64,000 nt of DNA from Podarcis cretensis (lineage: Eukaryota), in NCBI GenBank assembly GCA_951804945.1, contig OX638153.1, positions 63,612,001-63,676,000 of the forward strand, written 5' to 3'. The position numbers and the translations under genes are program-made. Below the pieces are notes generated by a model, which was not told the DNA's origin, did no database searches, and was given only the letters and a program-made list of their open reading frames with translations. Positions within the stretch are counted from its first letter, which is position 1, and each line of letters starts with the position of its first letter. Positions 1-50,058 of this stretch are shown piece by piece.

Positions 1-489
1 TTGCATACTGTTTTCAATGACTATGGGCACACACTGAAATGCTGGCCTCGTGAGCAGTCCCCACAGAGCACTCAGTAGCTTCAAAGCACAAGCACAGCAA
101 ACCAAGGAGGCCTCACTTTAGGATAGCATCCTCCTCCTAGGTATAGACAAGATGCTTCAAATTACAATGGTTCCCTGGGGTGCCACCCTGCACAGTCCTG
201 GCTAGGCCCTGGCAGGGAATGGACCATCTCTCATAGTAAGGGGAAAGGCACATGTGCACAGCAGCCTCCTGGCATTTGTCTCTTACTGAAGGAGCAGTGG
301 TGCTTCACCTGACTCCCTTAATTCCTCTCCTCGGTTGATTAGCAACCGTAAAAGTGGTTGACAGGTAGATGGAGGCATGGTGCATAAGAAGTTCACCTCA
401 TTCTGCCAAAGTTTTCCTGAGGATCTTCCCTATTACAAAACACCAGGGTGAAAATTTTCGGTTCCCAAGGTGATCCTCTCTGAACATAC

Positions 490-39208
<38,719 letters not shown>

Positions 39209-39459
39209 TGCCCCGGCTGCGTCCAAAGTGCAGAGCCCCGGCGAGAATGACAGCAAGCGGCGGCGGCGGCGGCGGCACCCGGAGCCCGCGAGTCCAGCTC
39301 CCTTCAGCCACGCCCCCCGCGACCGCCCTCAGCCTCTGGCTCCGCCCACAAGGGGAGGGGCTACCTGCCTCGGCCGGGCAGCAGACGTCACGGCGCGAAG
39401 GCTTCCCCGGGGGTCGGTTTTCTGAGGAGGAAGGGGCTCTCTGCTCTTCCGGCAGACCG

Positions 39460-39502
39460 CCCTAGGCGCTGAGGCTTTAACCCACAGCGCCACCTGCGTC
39501 CC
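39460..39502 (-). mobile_element. Isolated 5' head fragment of a Sauria SINE
   Basis: Identical to 40088-40130. Confidence 0.85.
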
Positions 39503-39767
39503 TACTGAAGGTAATGGGGCCCTTTATATGTCCAGCTGTCCTTTGTCAACAACAAATTGTTGTATTTTTTTTGTTGAATATATGCTATATGGTAATTTAT
39601 GGACCTAAATAGTATCTAAAGCCATTTGCACATAACAAAATATGTATTTTAATCAAAGTAATTGTTGGACTGAAATACAATTAAGAAGAAGTATATTAAT
39701 AGTGAAATACAATTAGGTATATTTGGGGGGGGGGAGAGTGAGGCCCTAAGCCATTATGGCTTGTTTA

Positions 39768-40130
39768 AAGGTAAAGGTAAAGGTACCCCTGCCCGTACGG
39801 GCCAGTCTTGACAGACTCTGGGGTTGTGCGCCCATCTCACTTAAGAGGCCAGGGGCCAGCGCTGTCCGGAGACACTTCCGGGTCACGTGGCCAGCGTGAC
39901 ATCGCTGCTCTGGCGAGCCAGAGCCGCACACGGAAACGCCGTTTACCTTCCCGCTGGTAAGCGGTCCCTATTTATCTACTTGCACCCGGAGGTGCTTTCG
40001 AACTGCTAGGTTGGCAGGCGCTGGGACCGAGCAGCGGGAGCGCACCCCGCCGCAGGGATTCGAACCGCCGACCTTTCGATCGGCAAGCCCTAGGCGCTGA
40101 GGCTTTAACCCACAGCGCCACCTGCGTCCC
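39768..40130 (-). mobile_element. Sauria SINE, full length, young
   Basis: Same head on the minus strand, B-box GGTTCGAATCC, (ACCTTT)n tail, perfect 13-bp TSD TATGGCTTGTTTA, CpGs intact. Confidence 0.92.
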
Positions 40131-40249
40131 TATGGCTTGTTTAGCTTATGCGTAAATCAGGCACTGGTCACACCAGTGAGCTGGCCAGAAAGATCCGTGA
40201 TTATTCCTGGGGCATATCTATATATCTGGCCAGCTTGTGATGAATGCTA

Positions 40250-41797
40250 AAAGTGTTTATTGAATAAATGGAAAATAATTGTGTACAGCTGAAAATGCTG
40301 GCAGCATTAAGATAAATTCAACAGTGTAAATAAGTTTTGATCAGTGCAATAATGGAAAACCAATTGGTATAGTTTTTGCAAAATATGCAGGGATATAAGA
40401 TATGCAAAATGAACCATGAAAAGAGAAGAACAGAAGTCATTGATAGTTTAAGTTGTAAAATATTTATTTAAAATTGTCCGCCGCTGGAAAAATGCCAAGA
40501 CTATTCAAAAACACTTTTTGCTGAATAATAAGAGAGGGGATTTTTGCAGAGTGGAAAGCCAGCATTATTCTCTGATATCTGTTCTGGCGGACTAGGGGAA
40601 GCACAGCACAAAGATCTATTTGTGATGTCTCGAGTTTTAGAAGCCATCTGAGGTGCTCTTTAGACCCATGTAGCGTTGTCCAACTTAGGTCCCTTTCCCG
40701 GAAGGTTAGGGAGATCTTCCTTGGATGTAGAATCAGGGATTGGTGATTCAGTGCGGGGTTGAGATTGTATTTGCGGTTCTTCATACAATCAGTGTTTGGT
40801 GGAGCTTTCTGCCGACGCAATGGAACATCTACTGCCCCATCTTGGGCTACCTGTGCCGGCTGGTCATCCAGTTTTTGCTGAAGGTTATGCAGCTGAGAGG
40901 ATAGGCCGTCAATTCTCTTAAATATACAGTTTAGAGTTCTGATTATTAGATGGAGTTGCTCGCATCCTGTGCAGTCCGATTCGGCTGCCAACTCCTCCTT
41001 CGGATAGGGACCGTCCCCATTTGTGTTACCATTAGCGTTTCCAATTTGTAACATCTCAGGGGCCTCATCTTCTGATGTTGTTTCAAGGGCAGTTAGAGGA
41101 TCGAAACGATTTTGAGTTGCTATTGAGTAGGTACATTCCTCGGGGCCTCTCCCTCCTTTAGGTGAACCCTTTCTTAATTGCTTAGGCCTCGGAGAGGATA
41201 ATGCCTCGTCAGAGTCTCTTGGACGTTTTCCATGACCCATAAGTCAATTTTGCAGGAGAACCGTCGTGGGCACTGTGCTGGGGAGCTCCTTAAATCCTTG
41301 AGTCTTCCTCACAAGAATACTACCACTTCCAGGAGAGAGGTGCCATAAAATTACTCACAGTAAGGCAGTTAGTTCAAGCCTCTTCCTTCCCCTCTTCCTT
41401 GTTCCTAGGATTTTCGAGACAGCTCGGTTCCAGCAGTCGGGCAAAATTCACTTCGTAGTATGCAATAAACTAAAAGCTAAAGGAAAGAGCTGGTCGACAG
41501 GGCAGAGGATTTATGCCCAGGAGAACCTTTCACTTATCTCTCCCAGTTAGGGAGGCGGCGGCAGCCGTGGCGGCAAGTCCGGGCGTCAGAGCAACCCAGA
41601 TAAAAAGAAAACAAAGATAACACAAGCAGCGGGATACTAAAAGATACTAAAAGACAGCCAGCACAGCCAGCAGATCATTAAAACTCACGGATAAAAACAA
41701 GGGAGGATAAAAACCGCTTAAAACCACTTAAAAACTCTGATAGGGGTAAGCGAAATTACTCGGAAACTACCTTCGCCGCCATGTTGGATCCTCCCCC
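40250..41797 (-). mobile_element. Non-LTR retrotransposon-like unit: 5' UTR, ORF1-like ORF (40464-41240, 258 aa) and AT-rich 3' region; no reverse transcriptase ORF
   Basis: Minus-strand 5' end GGGGGAGGATCCAACATGGCGGCG (YY1-like, as at LINE 5' ends). ORF has a basic N-terminus, an NRFxPL motif, a heptad segment (RIDGLSSQLHNLQQKLDD) and an alpha/beta C-terminal region. AATAAA at 40256-40261. Clade not determined. Confidence 0.65.
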
Positions 41798-42314
41798 ACC
41801 AGGAGTCTTTCCTTCTGGAAAATTGTTCCAACTATAATTGTGCTGTTATGTTTTGGGTCTGGCTGTGCTATACCTCATTCAAAACTCCACCAGTGCACCT
41901 CCCACAACAGACTTTCTGAAACCACACTTCGTTTTCTTTGCAGAGAAGTGGGGGGGGGGGGGAGGAAGCATCCTTGCTATGGCAAGGCACAGTAACCGGG
42001 AAAACCATTAAAACGAAGAACTCCAGAAACATGCTGTATAAAAGAAGGCCTCTTGATATGGTTTTTTTTTTACTGAACCCACTCCAGCTGGAACACTTAG
42101 CATGTAAGCATTTTGGTGTTTTAATAAACTGACTGAATCCTGACAATAAGGAAGCGCAGTGGGCATGTCCAAATAATTGGTTAATTGCCCACTTTGGATG
42201 TGGCCATACTCCTCTTAAGGAGCAGATTCATAGTTTGGGGTGCCCTTTGACTCATTTTGTCATGAGTCCCAGTGGAGCAGAATATCACCATCATATTTCT
42301 CCATTACTGAAAGA

Positions 42315-42551
42315 GTTTGGATTTGATATCCCGCTTTATCACTACCCTAAGGAGTCTCAAAGCGGCTAACATTCTCCTTTCCTTTCCTCCCCCACAACAA
42401 ACACTCTGTGAGGTGAGTGGGGCTGAGAGACTTCAAAGAAGTGTGACTAGCCCAAGGTCACCCAGCAGCTGCATGTGGAGAAGCGGGGAATCGAACCCGG
42501 TTCACCAGATTACGAGTCCACTGCTCTTAACCACTACACCACACTGGCTCC
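42315..42551 (-). mobile_element. tRNA/CORE (MIR/Ther1-derived, Squam3-like) SINE
   Basis: Minus-strand head GAGCCAGTGTGGTGTAGTGGTTAAGAGC, B-box GGTTCGATTCC, core GGGTGACCTTGGGCTAGTCAC. Confidence 0.8.
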
Positions 42552-42654
42552 ATGAAAGAATTGCATGGGCTGAGGGGGTCTGATACATGACCATTGGAGC
42601 TCTGTAAGGTGAGAAACGGAGCAGAGAACAAGATGTTTTAGTGGATTCCCCTCC

Positions 42655-42830
42655 TTTTAGTGGTAAGAGTGTTAGACTATTACTTGAGATACTGGGGTTC
42701 TAAGCTCTACTCAGCCATGAAGCTCACTGGGTGACATAAGGTTAGTCACTGTCTCTCAGCCTAACCTACCTTATAGAGACCCATGTATACCACCTTGAGC
42801 TGCTCAGAGGAAAGGTGGGATATGAATATA
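42655..42830 (+). mobile_element. Older, diverged MIR-like SINE
   Basis: TAGTGGTAAGAGTGTTAGACT ... CTGGGTGAC ... CTCTCAGCCTAACCTACCT. Confidence 0.6.
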
Positions 42831-44777
42831 GTGCATACATACCTACTTACATACATACTGAGATCACTGCCAATTTGCTTGCCTCTTTCTTCGGGCCCAA
42901 TCCATACCAAAACCTGGAGATAAAAGCTGCTGTCTTGAGCCGCTGAACATGCATTGAGAGCACAAAACGGCAGCAGGATCTGGGACTCGAGGGTTAGCAG
43001 TGGGTTGCCTATAGGGGTGTGGGCTTTGTCAGGCACTCAGCAAGACAGACTTCTAACACCACCCCTGGAGACAACAAAATGGGGAGATGTAGAAGTATGG
43101 ATCTGGGTTTACATCCCTTTGCCATACAGTCATATTACTTTTTATATAAAAGCTTGTACTCTCATTTTTCTGTTGGCCTGAAATAAAGCCAGAAGTTTCC
43201 AGCCTTGCTTGCTAAAAGGCTTACAGCAGGATGTTGGGATTTTCTGTCAAACACACAAAGTCTATTGTTTAATTAAAGTTGGGAGCCCTGCATCACACAG
43301 ACGAGATTTTGCTATCTGCTGAAAGGAGATTTTTCTAGTCGTTCTGGTAATATCCACTATCTTGGAATTACTTAACTTAGTCATTGCTACTGATAGGGTT
43401 AATCAAAGCTGCAAGGAAATGAATTTTTGTTTTAACTTTGGAACTGTGAGTTAGAAATGGTTTAGTCAACAATGAAGAGAGTAGAGAGCTAGAGAAAAGA
43501 ATAAAGGGGTCAGGCAGAAAAGAAAAAGCAAAGCAAACAGTCTGAAAAGGAACCTTTCTTCATATAGGTTTAAAATTTAGCTAGTGAAGGACATTCAACA
43601 CTCTCAAGTTGATTGGTACTTTGAGGGGGTTTTGTGCAATATTTTCTGCATTGTTTATAGTAGTCGTTTAAAATTGTTTAATGTTTACTGAGTTAATTCA
43701 TGTTTTAAAGGAATGGGGTTTAAGAATTACTCAGCCCAGAGATGGATTAACCAGTCTGCATCCTCATATCTATACTGAAGAGATCATCCTGATATACTTG
43801 TTGGTTGACCATTGCTTTATTAGATGAATTGCTGGTTAATAGTCCAGGATGGAGTGGTATGGAATGGTTTTCTGATAGATGGAAATCTCTCTGTGTGCTT
43901 TTGAATCAGAATTTGAATAAAGTAAGAGAATGTGTGTATACAAAAGCACATACACACATGCATGTGTGTTAAAAAGCAATGGGTAATTTAATGAGAAAGA
44001 AAATCGTGATACAGGATCCCTGGTGACCTGCAGCCTAGTGGACACGCTGCCCTGCAGAAGTGCTTCTGTGCCTCCACATATATTAGTAAATGCAGCAAAT
44101 ATCACAGGGAGCATAAATCTCTTGTGCATAGGATATTAGACCAAAAATGCAGCCTCTGGAGTAATCTAATTGCTTAGGGAAGTAGAGACTTTGCAACAAT
44201 ATACTTTACACATTTGAGCCTTGAAACTGTGTAGTAACTGCAAAAGTCCCTGTGAACCCAAAAAGCTCTGCTAGAGGCAGGAAACAGGTTTTCTTTTCCA
44301 ATGGGTATAAATAGTACTTTCCCCACAATGCCCTATTTTTATATCCTCATCACATTTATTTCCTCCCCCCCCACCCGCTTTTCACACAATAAACTTGGGG
44401 AATCCTTTAAATAAATTTGAAAAAAATCATTTCCCAGTTATAGTCTGGGAATGTTGCAATAGTAATAGCTCTGGGAGAAAAGAGGGGCGAGGTCTGGCAA
44501 GGAAAAGTGTCAGTTCCTCTACTGCAGATGAGGAAATACGAAGATAGATGGAATGACATGCTCCACCCTTCAATTCCCAAGAAACCCTGGGCTCCCTCCT
44601 CTAATCCTGACTGGGCAGGGTAGAGAGCTGGATCCCAGATTTTGTTTGCATTTCCAAAAGACTTCAGCTCATGGTGGCTTGAGATACAGAAAGCTTGGAT
44701 TTCTTTCCACAGACTACAGCACTGCACAGTACCTCCAGCACTCCTGGATTTTGCAAACAAGCGATCACCTTCTGGGA

Positions 44778-44835
44778 ATGTTACTCCTGCAAATAATCTT
44801 CGCTTGGGCTCTCTGCCACTGGGTGTATGGCGTAG
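44778..44835 (+). CDS. PROCR: PROCR exon 1 (signal peptide)
   Basis: MLLLQIIFAWALCHWVYGV, then donor G/gtaagt. Confidence 0.85.
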
Positions 44836-47800
44836 GTAAGTGAAAATGCCTTGTTCTCTAATGGTGCAATTCTACTCAGAAGAAAGAAGCTAGATTATTG
44901 ATAGAAAACTTCACACAGAATTATAGCATGCAATCTGTTAAGACAGGGAGTGGTGTATGGCATAGTGCAGTTTTATTAAACTGAAAATGTTTGTAGAGAA
45001 CTTTTTGGGGTGGAGACAGAAATGTCTATTACCTAGGGGCTCCCTTCGTGTGTGATCTATATGCATATCTTTACTTCTGTATCAACCCGCCTGTTCAGTA
45101 AAATCATCCTCCATGTGTCTCGTCAGAGTCTTGAAGAACATCTACAAAGCAGAGGGGATTACTTGAACACCCTCCTCAAGAAGTTTGCCTGGCGCCACTC
45201 ACAGCTGCTTAGGCATTAGACAAAAACATTTGTATTTATCCAGACATTTAAATAGTTATCATTTTAGCCAGCAATCCTTAAAGCACCCAAACTAAACCTC
45301 ATTCAACACAGTGGGGCTTCACTCTGCATAAACATGCACAAGTTGGTCCTGTTATTCTTTTGCTTTCATCCTTTTGTTTTTACGGTGTACGCTGCCTTGA
45401 AAAATGTTTTAAATAAGTAAGACTATGGTCTGAAATCTGGGTGAGGGGGGTGGAGAATCAGAACAAGAGATATTTGGGAATCTAGCCAGCGTTTGTAAGT
45501 TCGGCTTAGAGCAAAAGATGGAAACAGCTGGCAAGAACACAGAACTGCAAAGTAGAAACTGAGTTCAGCCTCATGTGCAAGACCTGGTTATGAGAACAGC
45601 TCTTGTTGGTCTCAACAAAACAGACTTGCCTGATCCATTAAAGTACTATATGCAGGCACACACACATACTACTTCAGAGTTGTCATATTGTTCAGTGAGA
45701 CATTCATTACGTTCTATAGAGCAATGGTGTTTTTAAATAAGAAGCAACCCTTAAAGGCAGGTGAGGGCACTCTGACCCTCCAGAAATTGTTGGGAATATA
45801 CTATCACAACCTACATACTATCTGGAGGGCCACAGGTTCCCTTCCCTGATTTAAAGAGTGTCTTGACACAGCTGCGTTCCAGAAGCCCTGTCCTGGGCCC
45901 CTAAGCTAAGCACAGATTGCCAAAGTTGAAGTAGCATTTACTCCCAATCTAGTTAGCTTTTGTACTTAGCAGCAGGCAGCAAAACGTTTTCGGTTGACTC
46001 TGGCATCTATGCTTACACCATGCACCAGAGTTCAAGGTCTCCTGCTAACCATGGAACCATTACATAGGAAGAAAATCTAATCTGGGATCTTGACTTTTCT
46101 ATGTGGCACAAAAAAGTGCTCCACTACAATAGAGACCATTATAGCCCTGGGTAAATATCACCTACTACTGATTCGAAATAACTGTCAGCTCTTGGCCAGA
46201 ATCTTGTGACTATTTGGCATGGCATTTGACATAATGCTCCATTATTAATTATTATTATATTCTTATCACCATGCATCAAATGGTTTATATTTGTTTTCAG
46301 AGAGAGCTCATCATTCAACAGCAGCCTTTGAAGCAGGTATATTATAGCATCCTTTTTCAAGCTCAGTATTTTAAACAAATTCCAAGCAAGCGCTGACTGT
46401 AAAAATTCTGAATTTTAGTTTCCCTGTTTGAACGGAGGAAAATTTCCCTTTTCGTTTTAAGCATGAGAGGGACAGAAATGAATCAGGTAGGAAATGTGCC
46501 AACATTCCAGATAAACAAAAATATGGAATACATATATAAAACATTCAGAATTATTGTAACTTTAAATTTTAATAAAGCATGCCAATTGGTTTAAAAATTC
46601 CCAGTACAGTTCCGTATGACAGACTGTGACCAAGCTCTAACTACATCTCACCACCTTGACTGCACAGGGCTGGCCTTAATGGATTTTATTATTTGCAGCT
46701 ACAGCAAAATTCAAATTGATACCTCACTTCCACTCATTGTTCGTTTGACTGCACACAGAGAGAGGATGGAAGCAGGGAAATAGCACTCCCTCTGAAATTT
46801 ATCTTGCTTCAGAGAAAGGCCAGCCATATGATAAGGAGCTGGCATTTACCATGGGCACAGCATGCTCCTGCATATAGGAAGCTACCTGCTCCCTTCGCGA
46901 GGGAGATATATTTCCCTCTTAGCTGCTTTCGAGCAACAGAGCCACCACAGGAAAAGGTGGTGCCTTCCAGTCTAGGAACAACAATGGGATGGCAGTCAAA
47001 TTCATGCCACTTTCAGCCCTGCGACTAGAAAAGCATCCCCTTGAAGGATAAGCCAGGAAAGAAACCCCTTCCTTCCCTTTCTGTATGAAGTTTCCTGTCA
47101 ACTTTAGTTTTATTCACTTGTGGTTGCCTCTGAGCAAAAGGGAGCAAGGATAGGCTAGTGTGAAAGAAAGTGCTTTTGCTATTTCTCATTTGCAGGTGAC
47201 TGAAGGCAATAACTTAGGTTGTTCTGGTTTTCCTCTCAGAATCTCATGCCTTTGTTATGACTCACCTGGCCTACTTCCCAAACGACAGTTCAGTGGAAAT
47301 GGTAGGTAATGCCACTCTGGATGGAAAACTTACCCACAGCATGGAGTATCAAAATGAGCAAATGAATGCAAGCCAGTTGCTCCAGCTGGAATCTTTAGGT
47401 CTCTGGGAGCAGAGGAAGAGTGCACTGCAATATTACCTTGAGCTTTTCAAGACATTGGTCAACCTGTATGCTAGCGAAAGGAAAGTACCATGTGAGTATT
47501 GTGGTGCGATGGTAATGGGCAGAGTTGTTGCCATAGCAACTGTCACAGCTGTTTAAGATGATGGTATCATTGAGCACCAAACTTTGGGACATGGTGTGAT
47601 CACGGAGTAAATAGTTTATCTAGAGATTTGCGTATGAGGGAAAGTATGGTGCCATTTACTGTTAAGTAAAATTAAGCCACAGAGGCAGCCAAGAAGCCAC
47701 CTCCTATTATTGCAGTCAGCTATGAGACCAGCTATGAGACCAATTTGCAGTCTGTGGTGGAAATAAAATTATATATTAATATATGCATTTATTCATATTA

Positions 47801-49987
47801 TATCCCTTAATGAATACTAAGAACTCTCAAGGTGCTTCATTTTGTATTATGCTTTATAACACATTCCAGGCCTTGTTCTAATATGCTTGCATAAGTTTGT
47901 CAAATAAAGACACAGGTTTAGTAAAACTGACTTGCTAAAGAAAGCAAGAGATGGCAAAGGGGCTGTAGAGTGAAGATGCATTGCTTTGATCCAGCACGTT
48001 CAATGCTTGGATATTTTAGTGGGCAGTAAGTGCTAAAACGCCTCAATAAAAGGTAAAATTGCCCTGTCTGATGTCAGTTCAGATTTTGCACTGAGAAAGT
48101 GAGATCTTTAAAAGAAAAATTGTTTGTCTTCTCAAAATATTCCCAGAGTAGGGATGCATTTGGTAAACCTTCCAGCCTCCTATACTGAAGATTATTTCTT
48201 CTGCCCCTATTACTTTCTGAGGTGTAGTTATTTTTTTCCTTGTCTATCAAAAAGTATGAAATAGGGACGTGGTCAAACAATTATTTGAAAACATGCACAT
48301 CTTACTTATTGTGTTGTATGCATATTTACACTTTCTGGAGAGCTAGCATTAGCTGTAGCCTGTTTGCCACAATTTGCTACTGTATACGTGAAATAGCTCT
48401 TTGCAGACATGTCAGGGCTAATTTCCCTGAGAAGTACAGACAGAATGCTTCCTTAGGTAATTCAGCATAATACAAGGGTGCATGTGAGAAAGATAAGAGG
48501 CCAGTTACGGGGGAAATATTTCTAACACATTTGCTTTTGTTGCAGACCCCCTACACATGCATTGTACTTTGGGGTGCCAGATCTTTGGGAATGGCACCAA
48601 CAGAACCTTCTACGAGGTTTTAGTCAATGGGACTGATTTCCTGAGATTCAATGCAGCCAATAAGAGCTGGGTACCTTTACAGGAAACTCCTGTGGCCAGC
48701 TATACCAGTATGCAGCTGAACAACTACAATGAAACCAGTGTGGACCCAGCTTTCTTCCTGAAGGAAACTTGCATCAATATTGTAACAGAGCACACCGCAG
48801 TGAAAGGAGCCTTTACAGGTATGTGAGACACCGGTTATATGATGTCCGAGAAGCACTCCTACCCTGTTCAGGTTGTCCAAGGGAGGATACAACCAAGTAT
48901 CCTTTATGGCAGTCTTCTTACCAACACACACTAATGGACAGGGATGGGTATATTTTGTGGTGCTGTCACACCACAAGCATAGATGTTGGAATGAGGTACA
49001 GAATTCTGAATCACTGCCTTTTTTTAAATAGAGAACTATAAGCACCTTGTCCTTGACATGCTGAAGATAGTCTTGGGAGTGTTTGATGAAAGCAGGGATG
49101 CAAAACACCTGACAATTCTGTAAGATGTCATGGGGCGACAGTGGGGTGGCGAGGCAGAATGAGTGCAGCATATTACAGAGGCTTTCCAGAGATCCAGACT
49201 TCAGGACCCTTGCTAGCTTTGCTGCTTCTGACTAGCTGCAGAGCTCTGCACACATATACAGTGGTACCTCGGGTTAAATACGCTTCAGGTTACAGACTCT
49301 GCTAACCCAGAAATAATACCTTGGGTTAAGAACTTTGCTTCAGGATGAGAACAGAAATCGTGTGGCGGCGGCGTGGCAGCAGCAGCGGGAGGCCCAATTA
49401 GTTAAAGTGGTGCTTCAGGTTAAGAATGGACCTCCGGAACGAATTAAGTATGTAACCAGAGGTACCACTGTAAAATGCTTTATTAGCTGCAGAATCCAGA
49501 ATTATCTTGGTGCAGAGAATATACCAACTGACATTTGCTTTGAGTTTCCTCTTCCTTGCAAGGGACACCCACAATCTCCTGCTGAAGCAGTGGGTTGAAA
49601 GTGGACGAGTCCATGAGTTCAGTCATATTTCCCCCGCAAACACCATCCTACCCAACTTTTTTCATGAGCTGACTCAAATGGTTAGAATTTTGAGAGTGAA
49701 TGCATTAGCTCAGACAGAAGCAACTTAAATCTTGAAAACAAAAGTTCCAATCCTTGAACCCACCCACCTAAACAGCTAAAGCAACATTTACTTATCAAGT
49801 CTTAGAATGCAGCTGCAACCCCTCAGTTGTAGAAAAAAACTCTCAAATCTTTTTTCTTTTTTTTTGCCTTACAGGGAAACATGAAGGACGTTCACACACT
49901 CCACTGGTGGTAGGCATCAGCCTTGGTGCTCTTGCTGTAATGGCACTAGCTCTTTGCATCTTCCTATGCACAGGAGGGAAGAGATAG
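44778..49987 (+). CDS. PROCR: Endothelial protein C receptor (EPCR/CD201), 4 exons, 231 aa
   Basis: Signal peptide exon, two CD1/MHC-I-like alpha1 and alpha2 exons, no alpha3 exon, TM exon ending GRSHTPLVVG...CIFLCTGGKR*. All introns phase 1 and GT-AG. Motifs GNATL, ERxxxYPL, CxLGC, VNGxDF and QLNxYN are recognisable against EPCR. Confidence 0.93.
47240..47491 (+). CDS. PROCR: PROCR exon 2 (alpha1 domain)
   Basis: 252 nt, ESHAFVMTHLAYFPNDSSVEMVGNATLDG...LFKTLVNLYASERKVP; acceptor ttttcctctcag, donor gtgagt. Confidence 0.93.
48546..48818 (+). CDS. PROCR: PROCR exon 3 (alpha2 domain)
   Basis: 273 nt, YPLHMHCTLGCQ...VLVNGTDFLRF...QLNNYNET...FLKETCI; acceptor ttttgttgcag, donor gtatgt. Confidence 0.94.
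49259..49470. mobile_element. Tigger/pogo-like MITE (family A, inverted relative to 29802) in PROCR intron 3
   Basis: Same TIRs and TA flanks; internal sequence is the reverse complement of the 29802 copy with small deletions. Confidence 0.88.
49875..49987 (+). CDS. PROCR: PROCR exon 4 (transmembrane segment and short tail)
   Basis: KHEGRSHTPLVVGISLGALAVMALALCIFLCTGGKR*; long polypyrimidine acceptor. Confidence 0.93.
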
Positions 49988-50058
49988 CATCTCAAGTATT
50001 ATATGGACCAGCAGCTCTGCAGATGGGTTAACCAAACACAACAGAAGAACAATGAAAT

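Noticed and set aside
1-489. PFKL exons 21-22, including the filament-associated Asn region
   Set aside because: No matching coding sequence in 1-489; these exons must lie outside the window
42480-42551. tRNA gene suggested by A/B boxes (also at 33429 and 40060-40130)
   Set aside because: These are SINE heads continuing into SINE bodies and tails
47181-47239. Alternative acceptor (tttgcag) 44 nt upstream of PROCR exon 2
   Set aside because: Out of frame with the exon; nothing else supports its use
47717-47742. Short tandem duplications (12 bp here; about 26 bp at 25206-25253)
   Set aside because: Ordinary slippage events deep in introns with no evident consequence
44778-49987. Assignment as CD1 or classical MHC class I
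   Set aside because: No Ig-like alpha3 exon, and the GRSxT...CIFLCTGG TM/tail is characteristic of EPCR
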